A DNA stretch of 20,000 nt from an uncultured virus (IMG/VR IMGVR_UViG_3300030044_000012) (lineage: Duplodnaviria; Heunggongvirae; Uroviricota; Caudoviricetes): the IMG/VR virus record IMGVR_UViG_3300030044_000012; one strand, given 5' to 3'. Shown here piece by piece: positions 8,974-18,193 of this stretch. The notes under the pieces are model-generated. The model was not told where the DNA came from and searched no databases. It was given only the letters and a program-made list of their open reading frames with translations. Both the position numbers and the translations under genes were made by a program. The stretch's first letter is position 1. Every line of letters begins with the position of its first letter.

Positions 8974-11445
8974 CTAAGCCATCCCCTCGCCGCTTCCCTC
9001 TGGACCTTCCTCCGCTTCGTTGTCAACTTCGTCGAGGGTGAGTCCTTTTATCACTCTTTTTATCAAGTCGGACTTCTCCATAATGACTTGGCCAATGCTA
9101 CCATAGATGTTACTGAGTAACTCGTTGAATTTGCTGTCATTGACAGTAAATAAGCTATCCTGAAGTTTCTGCTTGCAATCTTCAGGGTCGATGTTAAGAA
9201 ACTCAAGGATGATGTCAACAGGCAGACTTCCCTTTGAATATAAATTAAAAAGCATATCGTAAAGGTCGCCACTGTCGCGTAAAGCCATACGTGAAAAGCT
9301 TACCTTGGGGTAAATCCAACGCGGACGACCGTACTTATCGGTTTCGTAGAAGCCTTTCTTCATCGCCACAGGGCGGAAAATCTGGTCTTCAATAATCCCG
9401 GTCAGGACATCCCTAAACTGAGTGTATGACACGTTCATGATTTCCAATTGGATTTTGTTGCCGCTGTACATCCCCTCACCGATAAGCAGTTCAGGCGAGA
9501 GACCGAGACCGATAGCAAGGTCAGAGTTGGTGTGGTTCCACTCAGCATCAAGTGAGAGCAAGCGGCCTTCTGAGCCAATTTCATCCCAACGTGCCTCATA
9601 GTTCAAAACGACCGAGTAATCAGGGTCGCTCTTGGCCTCGTCAATGTGAGCACGAAGAGCCATGACTTCAGACGGTGGGATGTCCGGGGCAATGACCAGT
9701 GTCTTCGGCGTCATGTTACGTGAAGCAATAGTGCTCTGCACCTGACGCAACTTCTCACGATAGATAACCGTGCGGATGCAGCGTTGGAGAATCGAACGGC
9801 CATGCAACTCATAGCCTGACTTCTTACGGGCGAAGTGGATAACGTAAGAACCAGTGAAAGGGTCTTGATTGAGAGCGACCTTACCTTCTGACTGGAGCGT
9901 ATCCTTTACCTCAGGTGCCACGTCCGGGTCTTCCAGATAGGCTTGCTTCTGCTTCTCCGGTGGTTTGTAGTAGACGGTAGGCAAGTCCCCCATCAACCCG
10001 TCTGCGGCCATCTCTATCTGTTCTGGAGCCAGAACCTGAATGCGGTCGAAGCCTTCATAATCAGGGTTCGTCACATGCGAGAATAACTCCATCTCTTCTT
10101 TCTTCTTGTCGCGAATCTCTTTCAACTCTTCAAGGAGTTGCTTCTTCTTTTCCAGCAACCGAAGATAGTGCTTCATCTCCATGATTTCGCGTTGAGCAGA
10201 GATAGAGGAACCCATGGCGATAGCCTCGCGAACATCCCCTGTGGCACCAGCCGGAGTCTCAGGGGAGAATCCTCCTCCTCCACCTCCTCCACCCATAGGC
10301 ATCGAGCCACCGCCGCCGAAATCATCGAGACCGCCAAGGTCACCGTCTCCCATGCCGCCATCATCCATTGGGGCACCCCCTTCTTCAGGAAGAGGACCAC
10401 CGGCATCAGGGGCAGCATCAGCACCCCCTTCAGCGGGGGGTGGGGCAGGAGCCGGATCACCGGGAGCCGCTGTAATGGAGATGGGGTATTGATCGTCAGC
10501 CTTGGATTGAGAAATCAGCTTGGCAATCTTTGAGATACCGGCACGCTTGGTAAAAATCTCCCGTGTAACGGCTGCTACGCTGTCGTCAAAGCTGAAACCA
10601 ACCTTGGACTTGCGTAATTCATCAATGACGGCTGACTTCTTTTTCACCCAAGCTGCGTGTTTATCTGGTGACAGGAAATCCAAAATCTGTCCAGAAGTCC
10701 CACCAAGAGGCCCGTTCTGAGATTCTTTGGTTGGGTCGGCACCCTTAACTCCCCGCTTATCCTTCTCCAAAATCTTCTTGGCGGCGGGGCAGGGTTCAAC
10801 CTCATCGTATTCCTCTACAAACAGGAAGGCTTCACCAATCGTCCAATATTCACGAACGGCGTCGATGAGCACTTGGAACAATTTTGTGTTGTTCACTAGC
10901 CCGGTGAAATAATCATAGATGTAATCTGCGTACTCATCACTCGAACATTTTGGCTTCTCAAGAACCATCTTGGATAGCGGGAGTTCGGTGTGCATATCGA
11001 TAGCACGACCAACAACAGGGTCACGGTCGTAAGCCAAGCGATAGAAGCGAAGTTCCTCAGGACGTGAGGCTGGGAGTTCCAGTGCATCCACTGGAAATTC
11101 ATAGCTATAGTATCCAATGTTATTTGAATCTTGAATGTCGGCGTAACCTAGAGAACCATCAGAGAACAACCCTGCGGTCTTGACCCGCTCATACATACCC
11201 CAACCACGATTGGGGGAAGAGACATCGCCTTTGGCGGCTTGTCGGATAGCTTGTATCTGGTGGTCATCAATAATCTCATCATCGGTGCCGGATTTCATGC
11301 GAGACCAGCGGCCAGCGGAAGCGTATTGCTTTCCTGATTTGTCCGCAGCTACCTTACGGACTTCTGTTCTAATTTGTGGTTGAACACCGTTACGAAGACG
11401 ACTTGACGCTGCTTTCTTACCTTTACCCTCATCTTTTTCTGCCAT
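8974..11445 (-). CDS. phage portal protein with ~250-aa internal insertion
   Basis: YDRDPVVGRAIDMHTELPLS, REYWTIGEAF, VIHFARK...HGRSILQRC, LAIGLGLS...GEGMYS and PKVSFSRMAL follow the order seen in large-phage portals. Confidence 0.8.
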   Translation of the reverse strand: MAEKDEGKGKKAASSRLRNGVQPQIRTEVRKVAADKSGKQYASAGRWSRMKSGTDDEIIDDHQIQAIRQAAKGDVSSPNRGWGMYERVKTAGLFSDGSLGYADIQDSNNIGYYSYEFPVDALELPASRPEELRFYRLAYDRDPVVGRAIDMHTELPLSKMVLEKPKCSSDEYADYIYDYFTGLVNNTKLFQVLIDAVREYWTIGEAFLFVEEYDEVEPCPAAKKILEKDKRGVKGADPTKESQNGPLGGTSGQILDFLSPDKHAAWVKKKSAVIDELRKSKVGFSFDDSVAAVTREIFTKRAGISKIAKLISQSKADDQYPISITAAPGDPAPAPPPAEGGADAAPDAGGPLPEEGGAPMDDGGMGDGDLGGLDDFGGGGSMPMGGGGGGGGFSPETPAGATGDVREAIAMGSSISAQREIMEMKHYLRLLEKKKQLLEELKEIRDKKKEEMELFSHVTNPDYEGFDRIQVLAPEQIEMAADGLMGDLPTVYYKPPEKQKQAYLEDPDVAPEVKDTLQSEGKVALNQDPFTGSYVIHFARKKSGYELHGRSILQRCIRTVIYREKLRQVQSTIASRNMTPKTLVIAPDIPPSEVMALRAHIDEAKSDPDYSVVLNYEARWDEIGSEGRLLSLDAEWNHTNSDLAIGLGLSPELLIGEGMYSGNKIQLEIMNVSYTQFRDVLTGIIEDQIFRPVAMKKGFYETDKYGRPRWIYPKVSFSRMALRDSGDLYDMLFNLYSKGSLPVDIILEFLNIDPEDCKQKLQDSLFTVNDSKFNELLSNIYGSIGQVIMEKSDLIKRVIKGLTLDEVDNEAEEGPEGSGEGMA

Positions 11446-11589
11446 AGCAAACCTCTAATAAATTTAGTTACGGTAATACAAACTACGATGGTGCGGTTAT
11501 GCGGTGTTACAAACTGCAAGGGTACTTCTAATTAGACCTAGATATTGGGAAAACTAGTCTTCGGGTTCATCTGTAGTGTTGATTATGCG

Positions 11590-12273
11590 CTATTTCTCTT
11601 TGTCTAGGATGGCATTAGCCGCCTCTTTAAACAGGTTGGCCGGGTCTATTTCTTCCCCATACACAATAGGCACATCTATATTCGAATCGGGAAGTCTCAA
11701 CACCCAAAACTCCTGTTCTTGGGCCTTCTTCTTGGCGACACGAGTGCGTACTTTACGAGCCTTCTGTCTAGCTTCGGTGCCCACTTCTTCCATAGCCTCG
11801 GCCTGTTTTATCTTGTTCTGCCGGATGCGATTCAAAGTCTGAAGAGAGTCCTGTAGGGTTTGAATCAAAGGGATAAGCTGGGCTCTCTCTTTTTGCAAAG
11901 CTTCATCGTCAATGTCCAATTCGTCAGCAAAACGAATGAGCCATTGCAGAGCGGTCTTCTGGCTCTCGTGCGCTTTCACCGAGTAGCCCATCAGGTTATA
12001 TACTTTGGAAGAGTTAAGTCGCAGGAGGGCTCGGTTGCGTGTGACTTCCACCTCATCATCAACCTGAGGGTCTATGTCAACACGGAACTTGAAAGGTAAA
12101 GAGCCCGGTTCAAGTCCCATCTCCTTGCGAGTACGGAACTTGAACTTGGGCTCACCCACCTTAGTTTTAGGGCAGTCGGCCTCTTCATGAAAAGGCGACT
12201 TGCACGAGGGGCAACCGATAGTCTCCCACTCAGGGAAGAACTCGGCTTTCAGTTTGTTATCTTTAGCAGCCAT
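11590..12273 (-). CDS. CCHC zinc-knuckle and coiled-coil protein
   Basis: CPSCKSPFHEEADC = C-x2-C-x4-H-x4-C; helical, basic C-terminal half. Confidence 0.7.
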   Translation of the reverse strand: MAAKDNKLKAEFFPEWETIGCPSCKSPFHEEADCPKTKVGEPKFKFRTRKEMGLEPGSLPFKFRVDIDPQVDDEVEVTRNRALLRLNSSKVYNLMGYSVKAHESQKTALQWLIRFADELDIDDEALQKERAQLIPLIQTLQDSLQTLNRIRQNKIKQAEAMEEVGTEARQKARKVRTRVAKKKAQEQEFWVLRLPDSNIDVPIVYGEEIDPANLFKEAANAILDKEK

Positions 12274-12277
12274 ATAC

Positions 12278-15200
12278 TCATGAGTTCAATACCTCAGAAA
12301 TTGAGTGAATATCTTTTACAAACTCCTCCGGCACCTCAGTTACCGCTTTGTTGCGGAGCAGTTGCAACTTGCCACGATAGATGACACGAATGTTGTGAGT
12401 TCCAACCCCCAGCCGTTTCCTCAACCGAGCACCCACCTCTTCATCTAAGTCAATAATTTCAACAATCTGCTCTGGTTCTTCGACAACAGCCGGTACTTGT
12501 TCTACCACCCTAGTTACCGCCTCAGCAAAAGCTGAGGCCGCAGCCGCCATAGCTTTAAGTGGGGTTGGTTCTTCTTCAACCTCATCTTCATCGTCATCCA
12601 AATTCACTTTGACTGTAGCCGTTACATACTCCAAAGGCTTGTCCAAGGTGACCGTGATGGTTTGCTCAGAAACAACCACTTCGATGTCTTCCACTTCTAC
12701 AGGCTCCCCAAGAACCTCCACGGTTGGACGCTTGACTGTTGCAGTTAGTGGGATGGCACCGAGGTAGCCGAACTCTGGGGTGAGAGGATCACGATTCTCA
12801 ACCCCGAGACCCATCCGTTTTTCATAGGCTTCAAGAGTTTCCAACTTGTCATCCTCATCATCCGGAGTGTGGTCAATACGCCAGTATTCATCCAACTGAA
12901 GAGCCGCGATGAGTGCCTTCTTCCGTGCCTTGTCATCTTTGGCCTCAAAGAAATGGTTGGCCGCAATGAAAGCACGCGGGTGAAGGCTTTCTTCGAGGAA
13001 AGCCTTCGCCTTGGCAATGCGAGTGTCTATCCCCGAGCCCACAGCTTGAACAAGGTTCTTAAGAGTGTCAACTTCCCACTCATCAGGGATATAATTGGCA
13101 ATTTCCTTGATTTCCGTCCATGCTGCTGGCGTGTGGTCATCATCACCAGTCACGTGGTGCTCCACATCCCATGAGTTACCATACTCGGCATCAGACTCGA
13201 TAGGCACCCTCCACTTCATCTTCTCATGCATCTTACGCAACTTCATGAGACGAGTGATGCGGGGAAGAATGAATGGTACATACTCATTCTTAACGATGAA
13301 GTCAATTTCATCATGCACCGAGCAGTGCAGATGGAACACCGACTGTACCAAGGGGTCACTCTCTACCCACTTGCGAATCCGGTTAAGAGACATACGCATG
13401 AAGTCACCGGCCAGCCCTTGCAAAGGAACGTTGACGCTGACACGTTGAATCTTACCCATGAACTTGTTGTAGTCCATGCAGTTCCTGACTCCTGTGTCTG
13501 AGTCCTTCCACATACGGTCGGCCATTGCCCGGAAGCTTGCGGCCTTCTCCGGGTCTTCTGCCTTCTTGGCAGCTTCTGACTTCCTCATCAAGTCACGATA
13601 TGCCCAATAGTTCTTGGTCTCCTCTTCGGTGGGTACGTGAATGTGTTGTGCTTCCATCGCCGACTTGAAACTAATGACACGTCCAGTCGCCGTCTTGCAA
13701 TACATCTCTTCCTTGGCGATGTTCTGCTTTGTCTGACACCAATCGAAAAATACCGGGACACCTTCCCAATACTTGGCGACCATCTTCTTGGCTTCTTCCC
13801 AAGTGATGTCTGGTTTCTTCTTCTTCATGTTTTCATAGATGGTGTACTCAGTACCGCCATACAACAACGCGAAGTTGATGATCTTAGCGAGGTCGCGGAG
13901 ACTCTTACGAATCGCCTTCGATGTATTCGGGTCGGTGAATTCAGCAAATACCTTACTGGCAGTGAGTGAGTGAAAGTCACCTTTACCGACAAGAAACTCA
14001 TTGATGAATTCCGGCTCACCTGATACATTGGCAGCGCAACGCATTTCAATGTTGCCATAGTCAACCGAAAATAATGTCCAGCCGGGAGGAGCATGGAACA
14101 AGCAACGAAGGTTAACAACCTCATTAGCATCTATCTTGGTGTTTTCAATTAAGATGCCATACTTGTCAGCACACGTCTTACACTCAGGCACTAAGCAGAC
14201 AGCGTACCCCATGTACTTGCCGATATGATTTTTGACAATACCGGGGGCTTTGGTACGCACCTTAATCTTCTTCTCTTCAACCACCTCTTCCAAGACGGGC
14301 TCACCACCTACTTCATGAAAGCGAGGCAAGCCGGTCTCCCAGTCCATGCTTTGCTTATAAGAGATGATAGTTTCAACCTTATCTTTCTCTTTAAAACAAG
14401 AGGGATGTAGGTCCGACTCGGTATACTCTTCGATGTCTTCATCCGATATTTTCTCAGGATCAGGATCGAGGACGTTACCCTTAACCTTCCACATCAAGTA
14501 GCTTTCAATCTTCTTGATGCCCTGAGGGTTGAGACCGAAACCGCCATCACGCTCAAACTCACCACCGGCAGCAGCCAGACGGCCACCAGCCACCACGTTC
14601 TGCTTGAGGTAAATACGGGCGCTATGGTCACGTGGGTCAAAGCGAAGGTTATCTGGGTGCAGGGCCATGTAATCCCTGTATTGAAGGATAGTCTCAAGGA
14701 ATTTATCCTCTGGGTGCTGCTTGAACAAATCTTCAAGAGCTTCAGCATCGCATGACGGATTTCCCGTGGTGGTAAATTTGGAAACGGTGTAACCCTTGAC
14801 CTTGAAGAACAAGGTTTGAAGTTGCATAGTCGAGCCGGGGTTGAATTGCTCTTCTTCAGCTACCGTACCTTCATCCCCCTTGGGCTCTTCGTACCCGGCA
14901 TCAAGAGCAAGCTGACGAAGCTTTATACGCATCCCATCCAGCTTCTTGCGGTGCCCCTTAACCGTACGAGAGAGGCGATTGGTGTCTACCAGCCAACGTT
15001 GACGTTCAATCCACGTGATGGACTCAACCAACTCATGGTCAATGCGGTGGATTATCTTGCGGCTCCGGGCAAGTTCATACATCTTCTTCCAGAGCAGCCA
15101 TGTGCAGATGGCGTCACCAGCGGCGTACCAGAGTGCAATGTCAGTTGGTATCCATGAGAAAGGAACAAACTGATTCTTGAGCGTATGCTTGTACGCCTTC

Positions 15201-16018
15201 CTTTGTTCAACAGAGCAGTTACAGAATGGGCCACCCGTTAATGGGCAGTAATCTACCTTGACCTTGGCAATCTCTTCCAGTTCAATCTGGTCAATACCAA
15301 GCACATTCTTTGACAGAGCCTTCAACCCACCGGCACCACCAGTGAATGACCCTTTGTCGCCGAGGTCCGCCTTGGGGTCGTTGATGTAGGCTAGTACCTG
15401 CACATCCTCGAAGTGAGGGTAGGAACGAAAGTTGATCCCCATGGTAAGGCGAAGAACTTCACGGTCAAACTTTGCGTTGTAAAACACAAGATGGCAACGA
15501 TCAAACAGGTACTGTAGTATCTCCGCACACTTCTCGCGGTCGATGTTGACCGCTGCTGTGCTCAGCGTCTGGTCTTTCTTCTCGTGGTTAACTGAGATGT
15601 AGACACCATCCATACCATCGGATGAGAGGCAGATACCTGCAAGCTCAATGTTAACTTCGTAAACATGATCCCACGAACCATCCGGTCGTTGTATCTTTTC
15701 AACAAGAACACGAGTATCCAGCCCCATGGTCTCAGTGTCTAGTGCAACAACGGGAGTCAACACGCCATCAATGAGAATGTGCCGGGAGGTGTCAGCCAAC
15801 ACGCTATCTACCCATGTTTGCAAATCCTCAGGGGTATTGATAAGACGGAATGCTTTCTGAGCCATCCATGGCTTCTTCAGCTTAGGCAGGTCCACTTCCT
15901 TAAGGGTCTTGCGGAATACGTACCGTATATCCTTGGGTTCCTTCTTGGACTTGGCCTTCTTCTTCGGCTGTACCTTTGTCAGTTCTTCTTGACCGACTTT
16001 CTGTTGTGTAATTTTCAT
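12278..16018 (-). CDS. polA: family A DNA polymerase with 3'-5' exonuclease
   Basis: ExoI ALDTETMG, ExoII FYNAKFD, ExoIII YAAGDA; motif A SVDYGNIEMR, motif B RDLAKIINFALLYG, motif C SVHDEI; no 5'-3' exonuclease domain. Confidence 0.95.
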   Translation of the reverse strand: MKITQQKVGQEELTKVQPKKKAKSKKEPKDIRYVFRKTLKEVDLPKLKKPWMAQKAFRLINTPEDLQTWVDSVLADTSRHILIDGVLTPVVALDTETMGLDTRVLVEKIQRPDGSWDHVYEVNIELAGICLSSDGMDGVYISVNHEKKDQTLSTAAVNIDREKCAEILQYLFDRCHLVFYNAKFDREVLRLTMGINFRSYPHFEDVQVLAYINDPKADLGDKGSFTGGAGGLKALSKNVLGIDQIELEEIAKVKVDYCPLTGGPFCNCSVEQRKAYKHTLKNQFVPFSWIPTDIALWYAAGDAICTWLLWKKMYELARSRKIIHRIDHELVESITWIERQRWLVDTNRLSRTVKGHRKKLDGMRIKLRQLALDAGYEEPKGDEGTVAEEEQFNPGSTMQLQTLFFKVKGYTVSKFTTTGNPSCDAEALEDLFKQHPEDKFLETILQYRDYMALHPDNLRFDPRDHSARIYLKQNVVAGGRLAAAGGEFERDGGFGLNPQGIKKIESYLMWKVKGNVLDPDPEKISDEDIEEYTESDLHPSCFKEKDKVETIISYKQSMDWETGLPRFHEVGGEPVLEEVVEEKKIKVRTKAPGIVKNHIGKYMGYAVCLVPECKTCADKYGILIENTKIDANEVVNLRCLFHAPPGWTLFSVDYGNIEMRCAANVSGEPEFINEFLVGKGDFHSLTASKVFAEFTDPNTSKAIRKSLRDLAKIINFALLYGGTEYTIYENMKKKKPDITWEEAKKMVAKYWEGVPVFFDWCQTKQNIAKEEMYCKTATGRVISFKSAMEAQHIHVPTEEETKNYWAYRDLMRKSEAAKKAEDPEKAASFRAMADRMWKDSDTGVRNCMDYNKFMGKIQRVSVNVPLQGLAGDFMRMSLNRIRKWVESDPLVQSVFHLHCSVHDEIDFIVKNEYVPFILPRITRLMKLRKMHEKMKWRVPIESDAEYGNSWDVEHHVTGDDDHTPAAWTEIKEIANYIPDEWEVDTLKNLVQAVGSGIDTRIAKAKAFLEESLHPRAFIAANHFFEAKDDKARKKALIAALQLDEYWRIDHTPDDEDDKLETLEAYEKRMGLGVENRDPLTPEFGYLGAIPLTATVKRPTVEVLGEPVEVEDIEVVVSEQTITVTLDKPLEYVTATVKVNLDDDEDEVEEEPTPLKAMAAAASAFAEAVTRVVEQVPAVVEEPEQIVEIIDLDEEVGARLRKRLGVGTHNIRVIYRGKLQLLRNKAVTEVPEEFVKDIHSISEVLNS

Positions 16019-16031
16019 ACCTACCTGTTAC

Positions 16032-16727
16032 CTATCTTCTGACCTGTTTGTAAGCGAAAATGCGGTTTCTCTCTTCTTTGGTCAAAGCCTGAGCGAGGGT
16101 CAGAGAAGCTTTAACTTCAAAGGCATTGGCGTCTTCTGGTTCACCTTCTCTTCTCGCAGTGTCAGCAAGTTTCATGCTCTGGAGGGCTTTGAAGTAATGG
16201 CATAGGTAGTCTTCAGCGAGTTCAACATCTCTGAACTCCTGTACCTGCCGAATCGCTTTCAAAATAAAGGGTTCCTGTAAGTCGGCGAACTGCAATTCGA
16301 TTGTTTCAACATCTTCTTCTTCCGGTACAATATCGGCAAGCGGAGATAGCTCCCACTTCTTTTCCAGCCAGTTAAGGGCGGCTGCGCGATTGATGCCCAA
16401 ATACTTTGAAACAAACCGTACTTGATCGTAGTATTGTTCTTTAGGAGGACAGCCGAAACACCACCCATCATTCGTTCTCTTATACAACCAGAACGAGGGG
16501 CGTGAGTCTCGGCCATGGAATGGGCAACTAATTGCGGTGCTACCGCTACGACCTGTTAGGTCAGCAACAATATCTTCGAAGCGAATGTCTCTGCGTACTC
16601 GATCCCAGCGTTCAGGGTTTATTTCCTTTGACCACCCTGACCGATACAGCTTATATAGACTACTCTTCTCGAAGGTTAGTTGATCTTCTTCGGGTATTAG
16701 TTCCTCAAGTTCCTTGTCCTCTGGCAT
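16032..16727 (-). CDS. stand-alone CHC2 (DnaG-type) zinc-finger protein
   Basis: ISCPFHGRDSRPSF...GWCFGC followed by a helix typical of the DnaG zinc-binding domain; no TOPRIM domain. Confidence 0.85.
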   Translation of the reverse strand: MPEDKELEELIPEEDQLTFEKSSLYKLYRSGWSKEINPERWDRVRRDIRFEDIVADLTGRSGSTAISCPFHGRDSRPSFWLYKRTNDGWCFGCPPKEQYYDQVRFVSKYLGINRAAALNWLEKKWELSPLADIVPEEEDVETIELQFADLQEPFILKAIRQVQEFRDVELAEDYLCHYFKALQSMKLADTARREGEPEDANAFEVKASLTLAQALTKEERNRIFAYKQVRR

Positions 16728-16784
16728 GAAAGATAATACGCAAATCCATGTTACCGATCAGCAAGAATTGAGGTATTTTAAGAT
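16728..16784. promoter_or_regulatory. divergent promoter region with back-to-back GTATT-N7-ATG motifs
   Basis: GTATT lies exactly 7 nt before the ATG on both strands (16739-16735 minus; 16773-16777 plus); same motif before ATG 2560. Confidence 0.5.
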
Positions 16785-17489
16785 ATGAGGCATTTAGTGA
16801 TTGGCTCCAAAGGTCAGGTGGGCTCAGCCCTGCTTGAAGTTCTTTCTGAGAAGTGTGAGGTTTTTGACATTGACTTCAATGAAGTGCTGCCTTTCGCCGG
16901 GAAGTTCAATGTGCTCCACATATGCATTCCCTACAATGATCTGTTTGAGGCGGCGGTCACAACATACATTAAGCAGTACCTTACTCCTCAAGGATTGGTC
17001 ATTATTCACTCTACAGTGCCCGTAGGCACGTCCACGAAGTTAAATGCGGTTCATTCCCCCATCCGAGGTGTCCACCCGCACCTAGCGGACGGTATTCGCC
17101 GATTTCTAAAATTTTTCGGTGGACCGAGGGCGGCTGAAGCTGCTTGGATGTGGCACAGTATTGTGGGTGGGACGGCCAGCGCCAGCCCCAAGGCCGAGGA
17201 CACCGAAGCTCTGAAACTGTGGGACACAACCTACTACGGCTGGAACATCGTATTCGAGAAGGCTGTCAAAGCGTACTGTGATGAGCACAGGCTCAACTTC
17301 GACATCGTGTACACACAGGCCAACCGGAGCTACAACGAGGGCTATGCAAATTTAGGCATGGAGTCCGTTCGTCGCCCGGTGCTGAAACACTATCCGGGCA
17401 AGGTTGGCGGACATTGCGTCATTCCGAATGCAAAGTTACTCGGCGGCGAAGTTGCTGATTTTATCTTGAAGAAGAACGAGGAATATTAG
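16785..17489 (+). CDS. short UDP-glucose/GDP-mannose dehydrogenase family protein
   Basis: Rossmann VIGSKGQVG, HICIP, IIHSTVPVGT, EALKLWDTT and catalytic VGGHC; lacks the C-terminal UDP-binding domain. Confidence 0.85.
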   Translation: MRHLVIGSKGQVGSALLEVLSEKCEVFDIDFNEVLPFAGKFNVLHICIPYNDLFEAAVTTYIKQYLTPQGLVIIHSTVPVGTSTKLNAVHSPIRGVHPHLADGIRRFLKFFGGPRAAEAAWMWHSIVGGTASASPKAEDTEALKLWDTTYYGWNIVFEKAVKAYCDEHRLNFDIVYTQANRSYNEGYANLGMESVRRPVLKHYPGKVGGHCVIPNAKLLGGEVADFILKKNEEY

Positions 17490-17518
17490 CTACCGGGTCT
17501 AGTGGACCCACGAAGCGG

Positions 17519-18074
17519 TTGTATCAAAAGTTTGAAAGAGATGGAGACAACAACTCCCTCTGCCCAGTCTGCGGTAAGGCTTTCAGCCTAAATGGAGTAC
17601 AAACCCATTGGAGGCTTAAACATCGTGGAGATGCTAATAGCGGGAGCGGTTGGAACCGTGGGCTAACTATAAACACAGATACCCGAGTGGCGGCTAACAC
17701 CTTAAATGCTACAGCGGGTTTGAACAAGTTCTACAACACCCTTACCCCTGACGAAAAATTAAAACTGAACGCTCGAAGAAGACCAAAAAACACAGCCAAT
17801 ATGGGAGGGGTAAGACGGGGCTCTGGTCGGGGTAAGAAGGGTTGGTGCCGAGGCTACTGGTGCGACTCCACATGGGAACTAGCTTGGGTGCTGTACAGCA
17901 CCGACCATAGTATACAATTCACCCGCAATACTGAAGGGTTCGCTTACACATTTGAAGGTAAGAGATACAAATAAAGCAGAGATGAAGCCGCTACTCAGTT
18001 ACGCGATAAAAACGTACGGTGATGACTTCGTGAATATGTATGGTGGGGAGTCCGGGAATCGGACCCGACTCTAA
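17519..18074 (+). pseudogene. zinc-finger + PD-(D/E)xK-type homing endonuclease, internally deleted and frameshifted
   Basis: C2H2 finger CPVC...HWRLKH; GKKGWCRGYWCDSTWELAW...FEGKRYK stops where Y-x-PDF...EIKG is expected; another frame continues KAEMKPLLSYAIKTYGDDFVNMY to TAA 18074. Confidence 0.6.
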
Positions 18075-18116
18075 GGATTTTCAGTCCCCCGCATCGACCA
18101 CGTTTGCTTACTCCCC
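18041..18116 (-). tRNA. tRNA-Phe(GAA), non-canonical, CCA encoded
   Basis: GGGGAGT/ACTCCCC acceptor + ACCA; D stem GCA/TGC with GG; anticodon arm GGGGA-CTGAAAA-TCCTT; T arm TCGGG-TCCGATT-CCCGG; 76 nt. Confidence 0.88.
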
Positions 18117-18193
18117 ATACGGAAATATACACGCCTCGCTGTTAGCGAGTGCTAGTAAATCGTTCCGCCGAGTTGTAGTTCTGGTAGTTCATT

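Noticed and set aside
1529..11529. Shared 9-mer GGTACTTCT in two intergenic regions (~1529 and ~11521)
   Set aside because: Only two short matches with no conserved flanks; compatible with chance
14115..14515. Polymerase and portal insertions as inteins
   Set aside because: No C/S start with HN-C/S/T end and no LAGLIDADG motifs
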